DNA of 20,000 nt from an uncultured virus (IMG/VR IMGVR_UViG_3300005193_000001) (lineage: Duplodnaviria; Heunggongvirae; Uroviricota; Caudoviricetes). A model generated the notes under the pieces. The model was not told the DNA's origin, did no database searches, and worked only from the letters and a program-made list of their open reading frames with translations. The stretch spans positions 243,016 through 263,015 of the IMG/VR virus record IMGVR_UViG_3300005193_000001. One strand, written 5' to 3'. How positions within the stretch are numbered: position 1 is the stretch's first letter; every line of letters starts with the position of its first letter. Below are positions 7,409-14,386 of this stretch, in pieces. The position numbers were made by a program, and so were the translations under genes.

Positions 7409-7930
7409 ATGTTCTCGATTCAAGCACCGAGTCTCGGAGAGCGCAATCGGTACGGCGGACACGTGGTCCGCATAGTTTCCGAAACTACCTTCGGTCCTAC
7501 AACGGACGCCGAAAATCGTCTTCGTTCTCGACTTCCCGGAGAATTCGAAATTGTGACGCCCGGAGAAGGATACGGTAGAGTGGCATACGTCGTGTGCGAA
7601 AGCGCGGAAGAAGAAAAGGAAGCCGCGTTTGCAGCCGTGGGTGAGCGGGGCGTCCTGGAGATCGTGGACAAGATCCGCTGGTTTCTCGCCGTCCACTCCT
7701 GCGTTTATTACGACCACGGAAAGACCGTGTGTTCTGATTCAACTTGGGACCGCAAAGCCAGAGAGCTTGCGAAGCTCCAAGACGTGTTTGGAGCAGACGT
7801 GGGGTCGTGGGAAAACGAGACCTTCGACGGTTTCAGCGGAGACACGGGGTATCACCTGCCACGGACAGGAGCCGTAAAACGGGAAGCCCGGTCAGTGATC
7901 GAACAGGCCGAAGAGGAAGACGATGAATGA
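7409..7930 (+). CDS. Protein with stand-alone NAD-dependent DNA ligase domain Ia-like (Nlig-Ia) module, 173 aa
   Basis: C-terminal half IRWFLAVHSCVYYDHGKTVCSDSTWDRKARELAKLQ...FSGDTGYHLP matches the H..YY......SD..(Y/W)D....EL..L pattern of LigA domain Ia. No KxDG adenylation domain. Confidence 0.75.
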   Translation: MFSIQAPSLGERNRYGGHVVRIVSETTFGPTTDAENRLRSRLPGEFEIVTPGEGYGRVAYVVCESAEEEKEAAFAAVGERGVLEIVDKIRWFLAVHSCVYYDHGKTVCSDSTWDRKARELAKLQDVFGADVGSWENETFDGFSGDTGYHLPRTGAVKREARSVIEQAEEEDDE

Positions 7931-8138
7931 TCTTTTTCGCGTCGTAGAAAATACCGATAGAGGCGGTCCCGCTAACTTCTACGTCTGCAAAAATTGCGGC
8001 TGGAAGGGCGCTCCACTTGATCTTGAGTCCGGTGTCGTGAAAGTTACGGAAAATACTGAGGCTCTTACCAGCCGCATTTGTCCGGGTTGTGGGAAGAGCG
8101 AGTCCGCCCTCTGCAAGACTCTTCTCAGTAGATCATGA
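7923..8138 (+). CDS. Zinc-ribbon protein, 71 aa
   Basis: CKNCGW...CPGCGK; overlaps both neighbours. Confidence 0.75.
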   Translation: MNDLFRVVENTDRGGPANFYVCKNCGWKGAPLDLESGVVKVTENTEALTSRICPGCGKSESALCKTLLSRS

Positions 8139-8566
8139 GAGCGTTAACCGCAATACTTATTGCTTTCGTCGTTGCCGTTCCAGCTAACGGACAAAGCTTT
8201 ACCGTAACCTTCGGATCAAAACACTACGCTACCTCCGAGTCGAAAAACGAAGCCAATCCCGGAGCAATCGTCGGGACCGGAGTTACCGAAAAGATCTGGG
8301 GCAAAGCCGGGATATACGAAAACAGCGAAGGCAAAGCGTCCGTTTTTCTCGGCGGCGGCTACCGACTTGTGTTCCACGAGTACTTTCGGGCATATGTAGG
8401 AATGGCCGCTGCAACTGGTTATGGGACGCTGATTCATGCTCCCACTCTGAATACCGTAGGGTTCTTTCCGACCGTTTCTTTGGAGATTGGCCCAAAAAAT
8501 TATAGCCTCTCTCTTATCAACATGCCCGGAGTAGTGGGATTTGGCGTTACGATGCGACTTCAATAA
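8135..8566 (+). CDS. Secreted small outer-membrane beta-barrel, PagP-like, 143 aa
   Basis: Sec signal (MRALTAILIAFVVAVPANG|Q), amphipathic beta-strands, motifs SKH..NEANPG..GIYENS..S..G..TGY and a C-terminal strand GFGVTMRL. Confidence 0.6.
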   Translation: MRALTAILIAFVVAVPANGQSFTVTFGSKHYATSESKNEANPGAIVGTGVTEKIWGKAGIYENSEGKASVFLGGGYRLVFHEYFRAYVGMAAATGYGTLIHAPTLNTVGFFPTVSLEIGPKNYSLSLINMPGVVGFGVTMRLQ

Positions 8567-9042
8567 ATCATGAGCCGTTTGTCTTGAAGGATTTCGTCGC
8601 CTACCACTTGATGTGCGCAATTCCAGCAGATAAGCTCGATATTTTCTGCTCTGTGGTCGCTTTGGTCTCCATTCTTGTGGTTCAAATAGAGCGGGACCTT
8701 GCCGTCCGTGATGCGCTCTTCATCGAATCCACAGATTTCGCACTTCTCTTCTCTGTATCCATTTTTGATCAGCCTTTTCTTTAGCTTCAAGGGATCGTAC
8801 TCTGGATACTTGCCTTCGAGAATGTCGTCGAGCGCGTATTTGCCTTTGTGGAGGTTGTAGCCAGTTCTTATGCCTTTTCCACTTGGGTTCTTTTGCTCTT
8901 CGAACAAGCCGTACATCTTGGCGTACTTTTTATACGTGTTGTACGCGACACCCAGATGGTCTGCGGCTTGAGAGCAGCTTTTCGTACTTGCGTTCGCTTC
9001 CTCTATGTCTTTCTTAAGAAGCGGAAACTTGGACCTTCCCAT
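8560..9042 (-). CDS. HTH + HNH endonuclease-family protein, 160 aa
   Basis: HTH-like SCSQAADHLGVAYNTYKKYA; LKKRLIK..CEICG..LYLNHKNGDQSDHRAENIELICWNC (Zn-binding HNH fold). Confidence 0.85.
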   Translation of the reverse strand: MGRSKFPLLKKDIEEANASTKSCSQAADHLGVAYNTYKKYAKMYGLFEEQKNPSGKGIRTGYNLHKGKYALDDILEGKYPEYDPLKLKKRLIKNGYREEKCEICGFDEERITDGKVPLYLNHKNGDQSDHRAENIELICWNCAHQVVGDEILQDKRLMIY

Positions 9043-9054
9043 TTTATTATATCG

Positions 9055-9888
9055 TTATTCGTCGAACATCCAATCGACGACGACCATTTGACCCGGCTCA
9101 ACGTCTCCTTCGTTAAGAAAGTCAATGTTTACTTTCTTCGCTTGGAACGAGTAGTCTTCGAGATAGACTTCTCTCATGGCTTCTTGGTACTCTTCTTGAG
9201 CTTCATCGCCAGGAAACTTGGCTCGATCCGTGTCCTCGACCGTTACCAAATTGCCGTCTTCGTCGGTTTCCGCATGCTGCTTCAAAAGCTCCTGCCTCTT
9301 TTCTTCCATGCTTCTTTGAATCTCCATCAAGGCTTCAGCGTTGTCGATTGCGGCCACCGTGAGACCGAAAGGAAGCTGTGCAGGTGAATAGTCGTCGTTA
9401 GCCGCATCTTCAACGAGCATCGACTGCAAAGTGTTGACGGATGCCTCTATTTCGGAGCCCGAGAGTTGAACGGTTTCTTCGGGGAGTCCGGAAATCATGA
9501 ATCGAATAGTTCTCGCCTCGTCGGTTCCCAACACGTAGTCTCCGGCGTGCTTTACGTCAACCTCGTGGAACTCCACCTCCGAAGTGTCTCCGTAGATTTC
9601 TCTGAGGTCCTTTTCGAATTCCGAACGTGCATCCTCGTCTTCGAACTTGGCTTTTACCGTTCCATTTTCTTGAGTATACTCAAGTTGTCCGTTCTCGTCG
9701 GTTTCTGCGTGTCGCCTCAGAATTTGCATTCTGAAATCTTCGAGGTCGTCCGCTTCTGTACTGATTCGATTTGAAGTCTTAGAGAGAGCGTAGGTGAACT
9801 TGACCGACGTGTCTCCGTTGTCGATAATGTTGCCAATAACTTCATCGGCGTCAACTATTCTGTCGTTCTGTAGTTCTTTTGTGGGCAT
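9055..9888 (-). CDS. Tandem two-domain DUF1617-like protein (putative tail-associated/chaperone), 277 aa
   Basis: Start MPTKEL at 9888. Internal duplication VKFTYALSK..RMQILRRHAETDENGQL..KF..EFEKDLREIY / LPFGLTVAAID..RQELLKQHAETDEDGNL..KF..EYQEAMREVY. Lies directly downstream of the fibre genes. Confidence 0.75.
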   Translation of the reverse strand: MPTKELQNDRIVDADEVIGNIIDNGDTSVKFTYALSKTSNRISTEADDLEDFRMQILRRHAETDENGQLEYTQENGTVKAKFEDEDARSEFEKDLREIYGDTSEVEFHEVDVKHAGDYVLGTDEARTIRFMISGLPEETVQLSGSEIEASVNTLQSMLVEDAANDDYSPAQLPFGLTVAAIDNAEALMEIQRSMEEKRQELLKQHAETDEDGNLVTVEDTDRAKFPGDEAQEEYQEAMREVYLEDYSFQAKKVNIDFLNEGDVEPGQMVVVDWMFDE

Positions 9889-9939
9889 AAGACAATGTGA
9901 ATTTTTTTCTAGTTCGTGATACGTCGCTTTCTCGCTTTT

Positions 9940-9945
9940 TAAATA
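9940..9945 (-). promoter_or_regulatory. Putative late-promoter motif TATTTA
   Basis: acTATTTAaaa in the intergenic gap, 51 nt upstream of ATG 9888. Confidence 0.5.
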
Positions 9946-9980
9946 GTGTCTCTGCAAGTTAGAGTTGCTTCTTAAAGAGC

Positions 9981-12074
9981 CTATATGGGAGAGTTTGAAC
10001 CAGTTCCTCCAATTACGTCCGTAAACGTGCTTCCGTTCGGCGTTCTTTCCGCCCACTGTAGCTGGATGTTGTTTCCGACTCCAAGTGGGTCATAGAGGTA
10101 AATCGCGGCTTCTCCGGGGTCGAGCGTGTTACTAATGTTTATTTGAGAAGTTCTTACGCTCTTGAATTTCAGAAGGCCGTTTTCAAATTCGAAGTCTCCA
10201 ATTACCTTCAATTTATCGGCGTCTACGGTCACGTCGTCGGCGCTTATGTCTACCGCGTTATTCAACGCTGTGATATCGAGGTTGGAGGTGATAGACTTTA
10301 GAGTGAGCTTTTCCGAAGCTTCCACTTGCATTTCACTTCCGCTTCTTAATTCGAGATTATCAATCGAAGATATGAAAAATTGATCGTCTCCAGTTCTGTA
10401 CTCGATTTTAGCGTCTATAGTGTTGCTGTCCATGTCGCTTTTGGAGTCGTGGAACGTGATTGAAGTAGCACCGGAGAGATATTTTGTTCCGAAGGATCCA
10501 TCGATCCTAAACTGGTCGTTGGGGCCTGTAAGGGTTCCGTCTAACTCTACCCCGACGAAGTTACTGCTTCCGGCGCTGTTGGTACCCGTCAGTCTTTTGT
10601 CGGAGTTCTCGTCGTGCAAGAACCGCTGTACGATTTCCGCATTGAAAGTCGAAGAATTTTCGGTGATGGAAAATTCGCTGTCCGCCTGACTGAATTCGAT
10701 GTTGCTGATGGTTCCTCCACTACCACCGCCGGGGCCGCCGCCGTCTACGGTCGAAAACGTAACGTTCGTCACGTGTCCATTGTTATCGAACTCGATGGTC
10801 TCCAAAAAGCTTCCGGTTATCGTGTTTTCGTTAGCGCCATTAACGTCGTGTTCCAACGACCCGGCGTTGGCGTCTACTTTAAGGGATGGAGAAAGTCCAA
10901 CGGTTACGGCTTCTTGGACGTGTCCTTCTGCGGTAGTTTCTACTACGTTTTCCGTCGCGAATTCAAAGCTCTTTCCCGTATCCTCGTGATCGATTCTAAC
11001 CTCTCCACTACTTGGAGACGTTGCTTCAAGCGCGTTTCCCGCTACTATTGTTGAGGCGTCCCCAAACGACCGCGAATTTTCAGGATCGTCTACGGATATG
11101 GTACTACCGCCTGAAATCGAAGCTGAAATGACATACTTTGCAGGGCTGTTAGCCTGCGTGTTTTTCGTAATGTCTATATTACCTGAGCCGACCAGATCTA
11201 TGGAGTCTATTCTTTTCACGTGCCCGTCAAAAGTACCTCCGCCTCCCGTTGGAGGCTGAGACTTGTTGATATCGAGACCGCTTACGAGCCGTACTCCGTC
11301 TTGTATGTCTTGTCCGGCTTCTTCGAATCCACCTGAATCTATGGCTACGTCTTTGTGAAAAAGCAGAATATTGCCCGAATCCGCTCCGCCATTTCCGAGT
11401 TGCAGAAGCCTTCCAGCCGACATGCTAAGAACACCTTCGTTCTCTGCGCGGATGGTGATTTCGTCCGTTCCGTCACTATCTATGTCGCCTTCAGTGACGT
11501 TGAAAGAAGTGCCTTCCGTATCCTCGAACCTGAGGGTCCTCGTGGGTGGAGCACCACTTTTAACCGAAACGGAAGAAGAAAATCGGGTTTGAGGAGAACT
11601 ACTAAGGTCTCCACTTTCAATATTCCAAAAGAACTCGCCACCCACAATTTCACCCTGAACCGTGGATCTCAGGTCTTCGAGGTCAGCTTCAAACGCCCAT
11701 TCGCTACCGAAGTTTAGGTCCACGATGTTCTCGGTAGCCCCGGTGAAGTTTGGAGCGTCGTATCTGTCGATGCTTCGCAACGGATGACCGGAATTGTTCA
11801 CCGGATTGCCCGTCGTCCCAAATTCGTTTCCCGTTCTGAAGCCAGAGACGTAAGACACGGTAGCACCGGGCATCAAGACGACTGTGACTTCAGGTGGGAT
11901 GCCGACGTTCCCGACTCCGGTGTAGTCTCCGGGGTTTAGAACCACCACACTACCTGGATTGACCACCAAGTCGTCGTTCGTGTCCGTAAGTTCGCCCGAC
12001 AATTCGCTCTCCGAGAAATATCTTTTCTTCCCGGAGTCGGGTTCGATGATTTCGATTTGTCCAGATACTGCCAT
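9981..12074 (-). CDS. Tail fibre/receptor-binding-like protein A, 697 aa
   Basis: G/S/T/D/N-rich beta-structure with repeated GHV motifs. N-terminal region paralogous to 12104..14107. Confidence 0.75.
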   Translation of the reverse strand: MAVSGQIEIIEPDSGKKRYFSESELSGELTDTNDDLVVNPGSVVVLNPGDYTGVGNVGIPPEVTVVLMPGATVSYVSGFRTGNEFGTTGNPVNNSGHPLRSIDRYDAPNFTGATENIVDLNFGSEWAFEADLEDLRSTVQGEIVGGEFFWNIESGDLSSSPQTRFSSSVSVKSGAPPTRTLRFEDTEGTSFNVTEGDIDSDGTDEITIRAENEGVLSMSAGRLLQLGNGGADSGNILLFHKDVAIDSGGFEEAGQDIQDGVRLVSGLDINKSQPPTGGGGTFDGHVKRIDSIDLVGSGNIDITKNTQANSPAKYVISASISGGSTISVDDPENSRSFGDASTIVAGNALEATSPSSGEVRIDHEDTGKSFEFATENVVETTAEGHVQEAVTVGLSPSLKVDANAGSLEHDVNGANENTITGSFLETIEFDNNGHVTNVTFSTVDGGGPGGGSGGTISNIEFSQADSEFSITENSSTFNAEIVQRFLHDENSDKRLTGTNSAGSSNFVGVELDGTLTGPNDQFRIDGSFGTKYLSGATSITFHDSKSDMDSNTIDAKIEYRTGDDQFFISSIDNLELRSGSEMQVEASEKLTLKSITSNLDITALNNAVDISADDVTVDADKLKVIGDFEFENGLLKFKSVRTSQINISNTLDPGEAAIYLYDPLGVGNNIQLQWAERTPNGSTFTDVIGGTGSNSPI

Positions 12075-12103
12075 AAGTTTCGTTTCTTTTAGTGTTTTTT
12101 TTA

Positions 12104-14107
12104 CTATCCGGGGTCGACGTCCGCACCGCCTCCATTCGCCTCTAAGAATACCATTTGTGCAGCACCGCCGTCTCCACTTTCTGCTTCGGCAAAGAACCTA
12201 ATATACCCTTTTGGCGGGGGATCGGGTCGATCTGTCCCGCTTTGCTGCGACAGTCGGGTCGGTACGTCGATGTAGCCGTTGTTCGATAGTATAATCCTCG
12301 GGTCATCGTTTCCGCCAGTTGAAGCAAAATCGATTCCTGAGTTTCTGCACTCTATTTGAAGTCCGCTACTTGAGTTGCCACCAATGCTGTCTTCAAAAGA
12401 TCTGTCAAATGCCATCCTTATTTCGTTTTCCGCTCCCATAGCGATATTTCGATCAGTTCCGCTATCGCCTCCTAATCTTATGGTGGGGGAAGTTCCATTG
12501 GCGTCCATAACTAACGTCAGCTGGCGGTCGGCTGTAATCCCGAGACTTTGGATACCGTCGATAGATGACAGTGGGGTGCTCCCGTCTTGATCGATTCCAT
12601 CGTTGTTGTCAAAGAAACTGGTAACTTGTGGCGATGTAGATACATCAAAAATTTTACCGGACCCATTGTCAAAGAATCGAACCTTATTTCCGTTAGGCGC
12701 GGTTATAGCGACCGTGTCGTTTGCGTGAAAGAGTTCCTTCGGTTTTATCGTAGCGGTTAGATCGGTGCCGTCGTTCCTGTTGAGAGTGAGTTCGTTACTG
12801 TTGTCGCTGTAATTTGTTCCGTCGATGAAAGTATTACCGGAAGAAGTCTGTATAGCGTCTCGAATGGCTCTTTCCGTAGCGAGAGAATTGTGGGTGGAGT
12901 TGTTTGCATTTCTGATGTCAGTTCGAATATCGGTGACGCTGGTTCCACTGTCAAATCCGAGAGAACCGTTTATCGTTAAAGAGCCACCCATTGTGTCCCC
13001 GCTTTCTTTAACGTATCTGCTATCGAGGTTTGTGGTAGAAACGCTGGTCACGTGTCCAGCCGAGGACGTTCCGACCTCCTGAATCACGGTCCCACCACCG
13101 TTCCCTGTACTTTCGTCCGAAGACACGTTGTGGCTAACTTTTACGTTTCCGGTTCCTTGGTCTACCTGAAGATCCGAACCAGTGCTAATGCTGGTGACTC
13201 CGGAACCTGACGCTCCGCTGGCGTCAATTGTGATTTCGTCTGGGCCACCATCGACTTCGCTCACATTAACAACAGCTCCACCCACTCCGAGAAGATGGGC
13301 TTCTTCCACGGCATCGACGTGCCCGTCGCTTTCGGTCTGTTGACTGTCACCCGGCTCGGATTCGTGAATAGCCAAGTTTCGAAGAACGACGGCTCCATTC
13401 GATGGGTCGGAAACGTCGATGCCGGGGCTGGGGTTAAAGTCGGTTTTTATGGATTCGTGAGATACGCTCAAATTTCCAACAGAATTGTTGTTTTCTTCAA
13501 AAAGGAGCCTGTTGAAGTTGATGGACTGAACGAAATCGTCGGGGTCCAGAGAAATTTGAATCTCTCTCGTGTCCTCCTGAACCGCGACTTCGGCTCCCGG
13601 TCCTCCCCGAAAGCTAAGAGTTCTCAAATTCTCGTCTGCGTCCCCGGCGAGAACGTCGATTTCGTCGTCTGCTCCTGCCCTTGCTGCGGTCCAAATCTGG
13701 GGTGTAGCTTCGAGTGACCACTCGCTAGCGAGATTCAGGTCCGCTATGTTTTCTACGTGACCCGTGAAGTTCGGCCTGTCGTACCGTTTGAAGTCTCCGG
13801 AAAGAGGATGAGTCTGGTTGCTGTCGTTCGGGTTGCCGTCGTGGTCGAAGACTGCGCAATTGTCGGGGCAACCGGGGTCTCTGAAATCGTCCGTATATTC
13901 AACATCGGCTCCAGGCAGAATCGTCACGGCTACGCCTTCCGGAATCTGAATCTCTTCGTCGAGATTCGAGAAGTCTCCGGGGTGTAGCGTTACATGACCG
14001 AACGGTCGAGCTTGGTTTTCTATAACGTCTTTCAAATCTTCGACGTCGAACTCAAGCTCCAATGCTGTTCCCGCTCTAGCAAGTGATACTTGACCTATTA
14101 GTCCCAT
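12104..14107 (-). CDS. Tail fibre/receptor-binding-like protein B, 667 aa
   Basis: Fibre hallmarks LDSRYVKESGDTMGGSLTI and SLATERAIRDAI, plus GHV repeats. Paralog of 9981..12074. Confidence 0.8.
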   Translation of the reverse strand: MGLIGQVSLARAGTALELEFDVEDLKDVIENQARPFGHVTLHPGDFSNLDEEIQIPEGVAVTILPGADVEYTDDFRDPGCPDNCAVFDHDGNPNDSNQTHPLSGDFKRYDRPNFTGHVENIADLNLASEWSLEATPQIWTAARAGADDEIDVLAGDADENLRTLSFRGGPGAEVAVQEDTREIQISLDPDDFVQSINFNRLLFEENNNSVGNLSVSHESIKTDFNPSPGIDVSDPSNGAVVLRNLAIHESEPGDSQQTESDGHVDAVEEAHLLGVGGAVVNVSEVDGGPDEITIDASGASGSGVTSISTGSDLQVDQGTGNVKVSHNVSSDESTGNGGGTVIQEVGTSSAGHVTSVSTTNLDSRYVKESGDTMGGSLTINGSLGFDSGTSVTDIRTDIRNANNSTHNSLATERAIRDAIQTSSGNTFIDGTNYSDNSNELTLNRNDGTDLTATIKPKELFHANDTVAITAPNGNKVRFFDNGSGKIFDVSTSPQVTSFFDNNDGIDQDGSTPLSSIDGIQSLGITADRQLTLVMDANGTSPTIRLGGDSGTDRNIAMGAENEIRMAFDRSFEDSIGGNSSSGLQIECRNSGIDFASTGGNDDPRIILSNNGYIDVPTRLSQQSGTDRPDPPPKGYIRFFAEAESGDGGAAQMVFLEANGGGADVDPG

Positions 14108-14211
14108 ATTATATCTTTTTACCAGTCCTGAACAATGCTCGTTTCAAAAGTAACGTCTCCGGAGGTAGCCCCTCTCGTCTCTGCCATAATTACGGCGTAA
14201 TCATTTTCTCG

Positions 14212-14249
14212 AAAAAAACCTCTTCTTTTGTGCTGAAACAGAAGAGGTC
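14212..14249 (-). terminator. Intrinsic terminator-like hairpin inside the leader of fibre gene B
   Basis: Minus strand gACCTCTTCT-N13-AGAAGAGGT followed by a T run (seven T in total). Confidence 0.65.
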
Positions 14250-14301
14250 GTGGGAGTCCCCGTTGTGTACCAGAAGTATAAAAGCTGGCAAATCCATTCT
14301 T

Positions 14302-14307
14302 TAAATA
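14302..14307 (-). promoter_or_regulatory. Putative late-promoter motif TATTTA
   Basis: agcTATTTAaag immediately downstream of the terminator of the 1127-aa gene. Confidence 0.5.
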
Positions 14308-14317
14308 GCTTCGATAC

Positions 14318-14354
14318 AGAAATGGGGAAGTGCCCGAAAGCGAGCACTCCCCCA
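14318..14354 (-). terminator. Intrinsic terminator after the 1127-aa fibre gene
   Basis: Minus strand TGGGGGAGTGCTCG-CTTT-CGGGCACTTCCCCA forms a 14-bp stem (G-U pairs valid on this strand) followed by TTTCT. Confidence 0.75.
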
Positions 14355-14386
14355 ATCTGGTCTTCTAAATGTCGGAAAGTTTCCCG

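Noticed and set aside
7409..7930. Calling this gene a DNA ligase (ligA) or ligase pseudogene
   Set aside because: No KxDG adenylation, OB or BRCT remnants nearby; the intact ORF fits a solo Ia-like domain.
9889..10056. N-terminal extension of the DUF1617-like ORF
   Set aside because: Overlaps the end of fibre A and spans the TATTTA motif; the duplicated domain begins at Met 9888.
14108..14187. Programmed frameshift joining the 22-codon uORF to fibre B
   Set aside because: No slippery heptamer in the usable overlap, and the fibre B Met aligns with the start of paralog A.
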